The notes under the pieces were generated by a model. It was not told the origin of the DNA and searched no databases. It saw nothing but the letters and a program-made list of their open reading frames with translations. Below are positions 38,951 through 52,582 of a DNA stretch of 64,000 nucleotides, one piece after another. The DNA is from Lama guanicoe (taxonomy: Eukaryota). The position numbers and the translations under genes are program-made. Where the stretch lies: positions 4,949,220-5,013,219 of the forward strand of contig MU054323.1 of the NCBI GenBank assembly GCA_013239625.1. The letters run 5' to 3'. Each line of letters opens with the position of its first letter. Positions within the stretch are counted from its first letter, which is position 1.

Positions 38951-41900
38951 AAAGCTTTAATTTGCTCATTTACGTTCATCAGTAGCCAGAAGTGGGTTCC
39001 CAAATAGGAAGCCCTACTTCTCTGTCCCCATAACCTTTTTACACCTTCCCCCTTCCTGACGGAGAATGTTCTTCTGCCTGCAGCTTTCTGTAGCCAGAGG
39101 GTCCTGTCTATCTCTCCTCGCCTTCCTTTGTACATCCAGCTGGGCAAAGTTTATTCTGTTTTATGTACCATAATCTGTCATGGCTGATTTTGTTATAACA
39201 AGATCTGAACAGATGGGGAATGGTTTGCTCAAGAATTACTTGCAATATGAGTGACCTATAGGAAAAAATTGGAAACTGGAATGCAGTCCCTGCAGTAAAA
39301 TCCCAAACTCGTTATCCTCCCCACAGGATGCCCGTGTATCTCGCCCCCACATGAAGGTGTTAATGACTAATCCAGAGACCTATAAAGGAGCCCAGTCCTC
39401 TGGTAAATAGCCCATGCACAAACAAAGGAGTAAGATAGCAGCAGAGAAAGGCAGTAACATTTCTTTGTCGTAACTTGTCTTTCTGATTTGTTTCTCCTAT
39501 TAAGTGACATACACTTAACAGATACAAACACAATCGGTTAACAATGGAATGGAAATACTGCAAATAAGGCAATTTCCTTAGATCTGGAAAGGCTCCAGAA
39601 TTAGACAGATTCCTATCAGTGTTTAATAAACTTCTTTTTTTAACACCTACTGAGTCCAATTTCATAGTTCTTCAAAGTTCTCACTAAGCAGAACGGGGAA
39701 GATAATCAGAAACCCTCATGGACAATATGCTGTCTGAAAAGAGTATTAAAAAAAAAAGATCAGGCAATGAGGGTGCCATTAATCCTCTAATCCAACTGCT
39801 CATATTTATGTTGATTAAAAAAAATATGCCATTCTAAGTGGTTAATGCCTCCACCTCCACTCCAAAGAGACCATACAAATTAAAGAACCCCTCTCTGCAT
39901 ACGTTCTCTGTGGTTTAGTGTGTTTCGTCGCGATTGCTCAGTTAGAGTCAGCCTGAAGCCATTTCTACATTTAAAAAAATTGCACATTAACCATATGATC
40001 TTTGAACAGCATTTATGATCCAACTACACATTCCCTGCAGTTCCTAAAATAACACAAGTGGAGAAAATAAGAAAAGAAAGGGAAAGAAAGCTTTCACTAT
40101 TTATGTTAGAGCATGAGCATCTCCTGTTGAAATGTGCTATTCGTTTTTCTCTACTTACCCAAATCTTAGACATTTTCCAGTCTCCCCTGAGCCTTCCTGA
40201 CATCTTGATCCTGTATCACAACTTGAGCATCATTTTCGCAAATCAAAAGTAAATGCTTGATTAAATTGTGACTCTATTTTTCTCTTCTGTTTTAGGTGAA
40301 TTTGCTGCTTCTGCACAAGTAAAATTAATTTTTGAAGGCTGAGACTGCTGACTTTCATCTTTCATAATTAATACCAAGTAACACAATAAACAAGGGCTAA
40401 ATTCCATATTTAATACTTAATACTAGAGAATCAATGTCTACATTTCCTTTCTTATGGCCAGATAATTCACATCATGCCTAATGAACTTAAGGGATGGAAG
40501 TCATTTACTAAATCCTTAGACCTGACCTGTTTCATTACTTTTGGTCACAGCGGACCTGAGGAGGCACCTTGTAGATGGAGCACTCCTCCACAGGCAGCTT
40601 CATGTCTTCAGGAAAAGTGACAGAAGCATCAGGACTGTCATCCCTCAGTTTTATTTGTGCCCTGTACCCTGAGATCAGCATGGTGAGAAACGAGGGCTTT
40701 ACTACTTGGGAAACTTTCTCCACTGTGACTCACAAACTTTGCTAATCACGCACCAAAGCTACTGTAAAAAAATGAGTCACCGGGGTAATGACACTCAACA
40801 TTTCAACAGCTCTTTATCCCTGTTAGTTAATTATCCTGCAACACAGAACATGACAATGGTTCTTATTTAAGAGGAAAGTGAATGGTTTTGCTAAAGTCAC
40901 GAAAGTCAGTGAAATTTGTTTCTAGATCACTGGGCATTTTGGCTCACATTTACCCAGGGGGATACATTTGCCTCCCCCCAGCTCTCTCCCAGCCATCCCA
41001 GCAACAAAGGCCCTTTTCCCCCTGATATCCTGCTCTCCACTTACCAAGAATTCTGGTACCTATTCTTTCAGCAAACTTCCTTCTGCTGCATCTCTTCCAT
41101 GAACAACAGAGACGCCAGTGAACACCTGAGAGTCATTAGGCTAACGGTTCCTGGCTTTGTTTAAAGCTGGGAAAAGGTTCGTGGCTTGAACAGATGAAGC
41201 TGGAGGAAAAATCTATAGGATGTTTGCAGCTTTCTCCACCACGTCTTCCATCTAGTGTCCCTAAGCACCATCATTTACTGATCAACTCACCCCACTGTCA
41301 CACGGACTCACAGCCACACACACACACAGCCACATCCATATCCACTGCTTCCATCAGTCCTAACCTAAAGTTTTAGTCTCTTCTTCAGTGTGAACAAATC
41401 CAAAGCCTCCTTCCTCATTCTTACCGACATAGCTGAGATGGTGCAGAATTAACAAAGGTATGTTAAATAGGGATTTTCTAAAAAGTAGAGGAGATGTGTC
41501 AATGACTGCCACTTCACATTCCTCCCAACAAGTGTCCTCTTCATTCTTTCTGAGGAAGAAGCGACTGGTGAAATTCGACCCTCAACACTCTGCTAAACCT
41601 GGCTGGCAGTTGTGTGTATGTCTGTATGTATCCTCTTTGATGGATGGTTAAATGAAAACCCAGCCCTGTCAATGGGAGGACGATGCTCAGAACATGGGCA
41701 GGTAGGTTACAAAGGCATTTTTTTTTTATTGAAATAGAGAAAAATACATATTAGAGATGTGGTACTCAGAAGAGAAACTGTTAACTTTTTGTCACGTTGA
41801 CTATAAGCCTTTTCTAAAGTACGAGTATTGGTCCTTTGTCTCACTTCGCCTGCCCCATTATTTGCCTTGACTCCCTAGAGGTGTGGCTAGACTTCTTGTG

Positions 41901-43408
41901 GTTTGAATTTCTTTTTTAAAAATGTCTTTTTTTAAATATCCTATTCGTGTGTTAAGACTCTATCTCAATAAAAAGGAGGAATATCCTTTTAATTTTCCTT
42001 TTCATGTTGTTCTTTTCTATCTAGTCTCTGTAAAGTTTGTGCTAGGTTTCTCAGGATTCTGAGACACACCAACACATTGCCACAAAGGTATAGAACATCA
42101 CGCCCAGGTAACAAGTAATGTGTCAATGACACGGGGACCAATTCCACTCAGAAGACTACCTCATTGCTAAATGGTACCAGACCATTGTGTACAACTTAAC
42201 TGGGACTTTCTAGAGCAAATGGTTCCACATCTGCTCTCTCGCCCCTTAGAAAAGCAGCTAGAGAGGCAAGGAGACAAGGGAACAGACAGTTCTATCAATG
42301 GGGGGAACCTTCCAGAACCACACGGATTCTTCTTGCAGGGAGGTCAAGGCTGGGAAGCATCAAACTCTGTGGAGGAATTATTCCCACAACTCCTTATGAA
42401 GGGAGGACAAAGCCCACCGGATGGTCCATTTATATTTGTAATCTCTCAAGTTAAAGCAGTGACTGAGATTTTTTAACCCAGTATCAACTCCCAGTAAGAG
42501 CCTGATCACTGAATAAAAGAAGGCTGCATCAGGAGGTGTGCGGAGTGTATTCCTTTCTCTGCATCAGACTTTGGCTTCCATTCACGGGCTCAGCCCAGGA
42601 GATGCAGTACCTTCTAGGCAATGACTGTGAGGAAGGCGCCTTGAGCGCTGGGAGGCCGGTGGAGGCTCTGTTCAACTCTCACAGGCTGGTTAATGTCTCA
42701 TTTCTTGGGAGAGGCGGGTGAGGCGAGAGTGTCAAGAAGGAAAATGAATCACCACACAGGGTCTTCATCAATCTTACCCATGGCCTTTGAGCGCAAATAG
42801 AAGCAGGTAACTCTGGTAACTCTAACCACGTTACAAGGACAGTGTATTATCACGAAATTACTAATTTGTTGGGGCGACAGTACAATTTACACATCTCCAG
42901 TCCCATCTCTAATTGTCTGACACTTATTTGTTGCTGAAAAAGAAGCGCACAGCAGGAGGGGATCTGAGAGGCAAGCTAGTCGGTCGAAGGCTTTCAGGAG
43001 CCACAATGGGCACCCTTCTGGCTTTCAGGACTTCACAAGGGAAGGTTTCAAAGGGAAAAAAAGCCCCATGGCTGATGGGAAAAGAGATTTTTTGAAACAG
43101 AAAACAGTGTTTGATAGAGATAATATAAAAAATGGGACAATTTCTGCTTTTTCTTCTTACTCATAAGGCTGCACCGAGAGAATCTGAGATCATGGAAAGA
43201 TGCTTTGAAAACCCAGAGTGCTAACAGATGTGAGGGAAGAAGGCATATACTGGGGACTGCGTCGTTCCTCAGGGCTGGGAAGTTAGCAGATTCTCCAGCT
43301 TGTTGGATAATCCACTAACTTCATCTTTCATGTAGCGATCCCTTGCAGAAACTGCTGCCACTTGTCCTTTTTTTTTTTTTTTCTTTTAACCCCTCCAGAT
43401 AGCTAACC

Positions 43409-43438
43409 NNNNNNNNNNNNNNNNNNNNNNNNNNNNNN
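43409..43438. other. Assembly gap (30 N)
   Basis: Run of N bases flanked by a duplicated segment of about 46-48 bp. Confidence 0.99.
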
Positions 43439-45105
43439 TCCCTGGCGGACCCTGAGCCTCCTTGTCCTTTTTTTTTTTTTCTTTTAACCCCTCCAGATAG
43501 CTAACCAACCTTAGGCTGCCTGGTTTCATCCTATTTAAATATTTTGCAAGAAATGACAGCACTGTTATGCAAGAAATGACAAGCATTGTATCGGCCACTT
43601 TCTATTGTCACAAAGGCAAATGGGAACTTCGTGAATGAATGGAGCCCCAGCCTGGATGGCTCAAAGTCAGAAAGAGCCAAAATGTGGTGTGAAACGCAGC
43701 CTCTTTCTCAGCCCCTCAAGGACCAGAAAAGTAAAGAGGAACAGTAAGTTTGGAATAGCTCACTTTAGAAGTTAAATGCAGACAACAGCCACTTCAATTG
43801 TAAAGCCATGTTGCAAAGCTAAAAAATAAAATAAAAAAATTCAAAACCCTCTGAAGATGAATTGTAGAAATACTCTGTGGAATTACAAGAGGGCCCCTGC
43901 TAACAAGGAACCAGAAATGTCTTCTAGGAGTTTATACACACAAGGACACACACACACTTGTGTGTGTAGAGAGAATTAACATTATAAAGTAACAATCTGT
44001 TTGAACAGCTGTCAAATAACATGGCGCTCACACATAAACATGCTTTGAGATTTCAGAGGATGAAGAAATTCCTGCCTGCTGGTGAGCAGGCAAGGCTCCA
44101 TGGAGGAGGCCTCAATTAGATAGACCTTGAACTACAGGCTTACATATTTATACATGAAAAGAGGAAGTAAGCTATAGACAGATCAGTTGGAAATATTATT
44201 AGTAAAGGCTTCAAAGTGAAACGGAGCAGTCCTTATGTGAAGAACATGGGATCATTTAAGTGGGAGCAGAGGATTTACGGAGGAGGGAAAAGCAGATGCA
44301 TCTTGAAAAGAGTCATTTAGTGAGATTGCAAAGGTCCTTTATGACCAGAATAGAAGGAAGGACCACGAGGATTAAGTAGAGATTTGTTCATCACGCACAG
44401 CATCAAGTAGTTTCAACTTTGGCCATGGTAACTGAACGAAAAGATTAGTCTCAGGAAATAAGAGAAATGTTGGTTTCTTCCAAGAGGCCGCCAGTCAATT
44501 AAATGTGATTGTATATGTTTTAAAATTCATCATTTAACATTCAGTGTCTCGATAGTTCTTATCAAATCAGCTCGTTGAAAAGCAGTTCTACCTTGTGCTG
44601 ATTTAACTTTGTTAAATCACTTTATTATCTGGAAGCGTCAGCGATGGGTTGACGTGCCATAACTTTGACAAGATTTTAATTCATTTCAAATGAAACTATC
44701 AAAGAGCTAATTGAAAAAATAGTTTACGTCTACCCTCTATTAAACCTTTAGGCATCAAAAACTTTGGGGTCAAAAATGTTGGCATGGTGTATAGTTTTGG
44801 GTCATATATGGATCATAATGGGGTCCAAGCTTACTCTGCATGTTACTGTGTATATCACATTTCATCGTGACCACGAGGAAAGGCTGCATAACCAGTCATG
44901 TAGCAAATGATGGCTCACACATCACTCAGCCGTTACGGGTCAAATCGTAATCACTAACTTAATTCACACTTAAGAATGCAAGACACTTGAAGAATTAAAT
45001 GAAAGAGAAAACAAATACGATTTCAACAATGGAAAATAACACTTAAATGTTAATTTATTAGAATTATTTATCTGGAGAGTTGTTCACTAGTATTTATCAA
45101 GAATA

Positions 45106-45310
45106 ATAAATGTAAACTAGATAAACAGCAAGTTCATGGTGTACAGTGCAGGGAACTATATTCAATACCTTGTAGTAACTTATGGTGAAAAAGAATATGA
45201 AAATGAATATATGTATATTCATGTATGACTGAAATATTATACTGTAAATCAGAAGTTGGTACAACACTGTAAACTGATTATACTTCAATAAATGTATATA
45301 TATTAAAAAA
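45106..45310 (+). mobile_element. Truncated lineage-specific L1 3' UTR
   Basis: 'gtacagtgcagggaactatattcaataccttgtagtaacttatggtgaaaaagaatatg...tgtaaactgattatacttcaataaa' plus A tail. Possible TSD aagaata at 45099 and 45311. Confidence 0.85.
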
Positions 45311-45439
45311 AAGAATATACAAAAATTTACTTAGAGATTATAAGCAGCTGATGAGCATCCTCTGAGAAGAGGTGAGAGGGGAAAATGGTATTAAAAGTTG
45401 GAAATCAACTTTTAAACTGTATACTCACTTTGTCCATAG

Positions 45440-46850
45440 ATAATTCATTCATAAATATTTATTAAGTGCCCAGGATACAGTAAACACCAATCTGGGTGTT
45501 AGGCATATAGCAGTGAACAAAAATAGTCTCGCCTCCATGAAGTTTTTGTTCTAGAAGGAGATGCAGATGATAAGAAACAAACAAAACCCAGCGCTACGTC
45601 AAGGACGGGTACAGTCCTGGAAGAGAAATGAAGCTTAATGAGAGGCTCGAGTTTCGGAGGTCATCTGTTAAATCAGGTGATCAAGGAAGGCTTGTATATC
45701 ATTTAGAGAAGACAGCCCTGAATACTTCTGGGGGAAGATTCCTAAAGGCAAAAGGATTAGCAAGTGCAAAGGCTTGTAACATAGGAATATGTTTGCTGCA
45801 ATAGAGGAAGAAAAATAAGCCATTGAAGCTAGACCAGAGTGAGTGAGATAGAGACTGGTTGGTGAGCCTGGAGAGTTAGCAAAAGGTCCAAAATAAAGCC
45901 GTGGGTTAATGTGAAGGACCTTGAATTTGAATCAAAATGAGATGGGAAATCTCCAGAAGGTTTTTGGTAGAAGACTGATCTCATTTGAATTGTCTTCCAG
46001 AGGGTTCATTTCTTGCTGCTTTGAGAAAAATGGACTGAAGGAGGACAGCGTGGAAGTTGGGAAATAGAGCCGACTGCAATAGTCTCACTATGAGACTGCA
46101 GAAATTGTAACTACGGTGGCAACTACGGATATGATGAAAAGTGGTCAGTTTTGAAGACAGAAGTTGAACTTAAGACCAACCGATGGACTGAATGCTGGGA
46201 GAGTGAGAAACAGAAATCAAGGATGATTTCTAAAGCTTTTGGCTTAAACAGTGGAGTGAATGGTGGCACCATGTCCTGATGGGGACCCTGAAGGAGAAGC
46301 ACGCTGGGGGCAGGGATGGAACTGAAGTTTGTTATGGAAATGTTATGTGTGAGATGCCTGTAAATTCCCAAGTGGACATGCTGAGTAGGTACTTGAATAT
46401 AAATCTGGAGTTTCTAAAACATCTTGGCTGGAAATAAAATGTTAAGAGCTTCCAGCATGTAGATGGTTACTTAAAACAATGGGACTGGTTTGAAAACTCA
46501 CCTGAAGTGCGTATACATAGAGAGGAGATTACGGGACTAAACCTGGTGTGTTCCAATTAAGAAGTTTCAAATTTAACAGGAATCAGTCAAAGAGACTGAA
46601 AATATAGACTGAAAACTTGGGAGAATTACTGAGAGGTGTCCCAGGGCCAAGTGAAGATGCCACGACCACTTGCACCAACAAAACTGATATGTCAAATAAG
46701 ACAAGGGCTGAGAAATAATGACCCGGCTTGTTCATGGAAGCCGTTGGTATTAGAGGAAAAAAGATTCAGTGGAGAGATGGGGACAAAAGTCTGACTGAAG
46801 TGAGCTCAAGAAACAGTGAGAATAGAAAGCTCAAGAAGATTTTATGTGAT
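45440..46850 (-). mobile_element. Long L2 fragment
   Basis: Tail 'ttcattcataaatatttattaagtgcc'. Internal motifs 'aatcaaggatgatttctaaagcttttggctt' and 'tgagatgcctgtaaattcccaagtggacatgctgagtagg'. Confidence 0.85.
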
Positions 46851-47219
46851 GGGGAAGGCGAATAGGAAGACCACCAGAGGCGAAACTGTGAAAATTGGAC
46901 AACTTAGACCAATGGCATAAGAGCAAGTGCATTCCTTAAATGGGTAGAAGCTCAACCAAATTGGCTGCGGTCTAGATGCAGGTAATGGGTGTCAGAGGGC
47001 TTCTTTTAAATTTATTATTAAATGTATTTATATATTATTCTATTATTAAATATATACTACATAGAAAAACAGTAGATGTACATATATTTATATATGCATA
47101 TACCTATATTTGTATAATGTGTATGTATAGAGAGAGAGAGAGAGAGAGAGAGAGAATGCATTCACACTTTAACATGAGAAGGAAAGCCTTGTACCTACTG
47201 CTCAGCTTAGGTATGGAAC

Positions 47220-47960
47220 ATTAGCAGCACCTCAGATACCACCACGTATGCCACCCCCTCATTGCATGTCTCTCCCTTCTTCTGAATGTTATATTAATAT
47301 TCCTTTGCTTTTTAAAAATAGTTTCAACACATATTCATAGATCCAAAACAACATTGTTGTTTAGTTTTATTATAATTTTAAGTAGAAGCACACTGTCTTG
47401 ATTTTTCTCTGACTTAGTTTTTCAATAGACACTGCATTTTTGAGATTCATCTATTTTCATCCATGCAGCTACACCCTCTTCAGTTTCACTGCTATATAGT
47501 ATTTTGTGGTTTGTGAATATGGTAACATTTCTTTATCTATATGATTGCCAGTGGAGAGTTTTTAAGTGCTTCTATTACTCTGCTCCTCAGAAAATGCTGC
47601 AATGCACTTTTTTTGTACATAGTTCCTGAAACACGTGTATCACTTTCTCTTGAGTATATACCTGGGAATCAAATGTATGTGCCATAGAACTCATCTATCT
47701 TAGCTGTATTTGGCAATGACACACTGCTTTTCAAAATAGCGGTACTCATTTACACTCCCTCCAGCAGGATACGATGGTTCTCATCCCTTCAAAATCTTGT
47801 CAACACTTGGAATTCTCAGACTAATTTTTATTTATCCTGTGGTTGTGAAGCATTTAATTTCACAATTTGCGTTTCCCTGATTATTAATCATGTTAAGCAG
47901 CTTTTCCTATGTTTACGTGTCATTCAGATTTTCTATTTTGTGACGTCTGCTTTTTTTCCC
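47220..47960 (-). mobile_element. L1ME-like 3' fragment
   Basis: 'tttttgagattcatcta', 'tcttgagtatatacctgggaat' and 'tttacactccctccagcag...cttgtcaacacttgg'. Confidence 0.8.
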
Positions 47961-49599
47961 CATCACGGTTCTCTTGGGCTGTTTGCCTCATGAGATTTCT
48001 TGGCAATGGCAGTATCCATCTCACTGTGAACTACTGTCCCCTACTACTTCTAAGCACAGTGAGGTAGGAGGTTGGACACAATCTTCCACGGAAGTGAATG
48101 GTACTGGAAGGTTTTGCTTTGCTGTTTCTATTATTAATTGGGGTAGTTCCAAGTCTGAGAAAAAGGGAAGCCAGGCAGAAGAACTCACACATGCTTATTG
48201 ACTTCGTAGGCTCTCAGCGGCATGTGTATTAACCCAGCAGATTGACTACAAGATTGCAGCTTTCTCGTGGTGTGTACTTCATCACGCCAAACAATGTCAT
48301 TCCCAATGCAGGACGGACAGGCACTCATGTCTGGCCTCGGTTCTATATCCCCAATCCATTAGTATTGGCTCGAGGTCAGCTTTTTGAACACAAGATCAAT
48401 TCTAATATAGTTACATTGACTTCTCTGTCTATCAGAGAGTAGATAGAAAGTTGAGAGGGATCAATACATTCCAAACAACAAATCAGAAAATACATAGCAT
48501 ATATGAACCAGTTAGCATGCATGGATTTCTCTGTGCTAGTCATTGATTCAAATGTAGGTAGTCCAGAAATAATGTGTGCATATCTGTATCTAAAAGCCAA
48601 AATGGAAATCAAACTCCTCGGGCTATGTCTTTAGCTGAATAGAGAATAGGAAATGACAACATTCTTGCCCTTGGACTTAAAAAAAAAAAAACCTTAAATT
48701 TTCTAGGTCTGTATTACCACTTCAAACTTGGCCATGTTTTCTCTCCACATGTTTCTGTGGGACTAGACTAATTCGCCTTGTCCTGTACTATATGTCCTTT
48801 TGTACATATTTCCACCTCTCAACTCCATCATAACCATGCATTTCCTTCCCATCCCTTTTCTGTCTATAAAAACCATCCTCTAACCAAGACCTTGCCCAAA
48901 ATCTATCTCTTTGTTTATGCCTTTAACTCCATTGCTCCAAGGAAATCCTCAAGCTGCCGAAATCCTCTAGCATTCATTCTCCTTAGCACTAGTTTATCAT
49001 GTCTTCCTAGTACAGTTAGTTTTCTGTCTGTGTCTGCTACCCCGCAAAATAATGACGCCTGAGGATCTGGGCCCGTGTTTTGGCTATCCATGTATGTCCT
49101 ACCCATACAGCACGTGGCCTGCAGAGGAGCGGATGCCTAATGAACACACTTGTTAGTACAGACGTGAGCTTGCACTCATACCTCTTGCTAACGTCATGTT
49201 AATCAAAGGTGGCCAGCTTCCACCAGGATCCTGCTCTGCCTTTAACCTGAGGTGCTAAGTCAGACAATTTCTACATTTCCATCTTTTTCTTCCACGCGTC
49301 CTGACCACAGTTTCATCTGTAAGGCAAGCATCTGCTATTAAAAAAAAAAATCAAGCTAAAATAGCCAATGGATTCCTGGCAGAAATACATGGGCGAATGG
49401 ACACCTTAATCCTTTCTAAGGTCTATTGACACATCGTGGTAACTCAGAGACTCCAGCTCCTTGTTCCTAAATCTCATCACAGAGATTTAAATTATTTTAA
49501 AGATGAGACAATCCTGCCCTCACGGAATCTTGAGCTATCTTTGGGTCTGATAATGTATGATGCTATCAGTATTAGTAGAGTTAATAGTAAATGAGTTTG

Positions 49600-50290
49600 A
49601 TAAAAAAATAACCTTGTATAATGCTTATTTTGCACTAAGCATAATTCTTAGTGCTTTACAGATATTTATGCATTTAATTGTTTAAAAATTCTATGAGAGA
49701 GACATTGTTACTCTGCTGAACATTCTCCCCTAGCCGCTCTACATCCAGTCTCCTCCATTCTTCATCCTGCTTCAAGCTCCGTGTCCTCAGGCTTCTCACT
49801 GAACCCACCCACTGGGAAATACCAGCGATATATTAGAGAGCAGGTGGAGAGAAAGGTCAATATTTTTATTTCATCAGCTTCCTTTTTGCTGGGCTGTGTA
49901 TTGACAGTAGATACTTCTCCCTACCAAAGTCCATGATTTCCATAGCTAGCCTACTCCTAAAGCAGTAACTGTCCTAAGATTCTCTTAATGATTCTCTACC
50001 CTTGCCCTTTTACTAGAAAGGATGAGGGTTTTTTTTTTTTTTGTCAAAGTATTTTACTATCCCTTATTAATTTTTCTTAAGTTTGCTCACACCTTTGTAA
50101 ATATTCCTTATTACTAAATTATCTTAAATTGTCCCTTTTGAGTACAGCACCTTACTGTCTGGACATGAACCTTTACAATTAAGGAAACTGAGGCAGAATG
50201 CCATTAAGTTACTTGCTCAAGATCATACAACTGGTGAGTAGCATAGTTGGGATTCAAATCTCGGCCGTCTGGCTCTGCAATCTGTGCTCC
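49600..50290 (-). mobile_element. MIR split by an LTR33-like ERVL LTR (about 49715-50165)
   Basis: MIR halves 'agtgctttacagatattta...ctatgagagagacattgtta' and 'tttacaattaaggaaactgaggc...gggattcaaatc'. The insert contains 'ctccattcttcatcctgct...tgggaaataccagc...ggagagaaaggtcaatatttttatt'. Confidence 0.6.
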
Positions 50291-51865
50291 TATCACAGAT
50301 TGCTCTGTGCTCTCCCTGGGTCTCCAAATTTAGCCAGACAACTGGTTTTCAACACTAATAAATGCCTTCAATTTATGCTTGTCAGCTGAAGCCAAGAGCA
50401 AAGGCTTCTTTCTTTGCGAGGAGAGAAAGATCATCAGATCAGTTTCAGGAAGGATGTGGGCAGAGTCAACCATGAAAAAGGAAAGTATTGCATTTGGCCG
50501 TGGTTTTCATATGATCTTCTTCTAGATTCTACTGTTGTCTGTTTTGTGTTTAAACAGTAAAGACAGGCATGGATTTAAGAAAAACTAAAAAAAAAAAAAG
50601 TACACAATTAAAAATAAGGGAAAAGTGAGCAACAAAGAGCTGTAGTATAAAATCAAAATCCCACTGAACACTTCAAAGACTCAAGTCAATCCTTTGCTCA
50701 GAGTAAAACCAATAATAAGGTGGAATTTAAACCAAAAAGATAATTTTGGAAAGGAAACTCCCATGAAGTTACTCAAGGTGGCTGATAAGATACTCCATTC
50801 ATATCCTACAATAAAGCAGCCAGTGGTTCTTCCTACAATTAACCCTGAAGACAGTATTGTTTTAATGCCACTGGGCATCAGATGCCTACTATCTGTGAGG
50901 GACTCACCTATGTATCATTGTTAAATTTCTCCACATCCTTGAAGGGTAGATAATATTAGTCTCATCTATCTGGTGGGGACTGATTAAATTATTTTCTCAG
51001 CATCAAAACATGAGTGGAGAACCAGGATCCAATCTCAAATATGATTCTTAATATTGCATATGTTTTTAAAAAATTATTAATGTACTCACAGGTGTAGAAT
51101 TATACCATAATTCAAAATTCAATGCCCTAGGAAAGGTGGAAAACACCTTGAATTCTATCTAAGCTTTTCCCAGTTCTGTAGTACGTTATTTATGTGATTT
51201 TGGCTGACTTGAGATTATGGAGACACAATAAAATGCATTTGTTTTCTTTTTATAGTTCCCTGAAAGCATCCACAAGTGAGGTAAGAATAGAACAGAATTC
51301 CATGTATACAGTTGGAATTGTCACACCTGATAACTGAAATAATTTAAACTTGTTAGCGCTATCAAATTCTGTCAATTGTAGAATATACCTGGCTTTATGC
51401 AACGCATGGGTCTCGAAAACCTTTCATTATCCAAACACATCGGGAATCAAGTCCTTTCCTGATGACTTCTAAGATCACTTAAGAAAGAGAAACCTCAATT
51501 TTGGATGGAGCTTCTCTCATATTACTCTTTCTGCCTTCTTTCCCCAACCTTGGCAAAGTGCTCAACAATAAATTAAGTTTAAAAGCAAACTTTTTAATAA
51601 AATGTATGGTTAGGCAGACGTAAGCCATGAGTTTCTATAATAATTATTCAGTCTGGGGGAAACGCATTAGATCCAACCACAAGATCTGGTCTGTGGGCTT
51701 TTCCTTGCTGCATATAATTTTCTACCCAGAGGTAGAGAGATTGTAGGCTTCTGCTGTTGTAGGAAGTGCTGCTAACAGTGTTTACAAAAATGGTTGAGAA
51801 AACCCATGTCTGTCTGACAGCTTTTTACCACATCAATTATAAATGCATTTTCCCTTGGGTGGTAT

Positions 51866-52139
51866 TATCTCTCGCCCAAGGAATTTTCCACTGTCCTGGA
51901 GCATTTGCTGAGGAGAATTGATTAGGAAGGCGGCTTCCCAGTAGATGGAGGGAAACTGCAAACGCTCCGGTTTGTTGATGCTGTTGCCCTCGTAGCAGAA
52001 GTACTGCAAGAATGTGAACAATTACAGCCGAAAATTCAAGCGGAAGCTGCTATGATAGGATTGGCAATTCACCCCTGTGGAGCAGAACAGACCCAGATAT
52101 GTGCGGCTGGAATATAACTACCTGGGCAAAGTGATATTT
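51866..52139 (+). pseudogene. Fossil reverse-transcriptase fragment of an RTE-clade LINE (L4/MamRTE-like)
   Basis: Manual translation from 51866 gives YLSPKEFSTVLEHLLRRID*EGGFPVDGGKLQTLRFVDAVALVAEVLQECEQLQPKIQAEAAMIGLAIHP. A shifted frame then gives EYNYLGKV at 52110. The pattern matches RTE RT: SPKLF...LDW..G..IDG..L..LRFADD..L.A...GL.I...Y.YLG. Confidence 0.8.
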
Positions 52140-52582
52140 GCTGGTGAGGGAATTACAGACGTCAGGCATCTGTAAGGGTGGGAGGGAGACACCTCTTTTG
52201 TTTGGGATGGGCTGGAATTGTCTGGATTGGCCATACTGAACAGTTTTTCACTGATTATGTTTATATAGACCCAGTTTCCTCTTTTTTTTTTTTAATATGA
52301 TCATAGGATATTAACTCTAATTTAATTACTAAGAATAGAAGTTTATATAAAATACTTCAAACAATTCTGGATATATTTCTCAAACTTCTTGTTTACTAAT
52401 GTGGACAACTTTTAAACATTAATATAGTTACTTATTTATTTACTTTTAATTTTTTTTACAATATAACACTGGTAGCATTTGATCCTGACATAAGGCAACT
52501 GCATTTCAGCCTTCCTTTCAGTGTTCTTTCATATTGTAATTGAATAACAAAATTTTGTCTTAGATTTTTTTCTTACCTGCAG

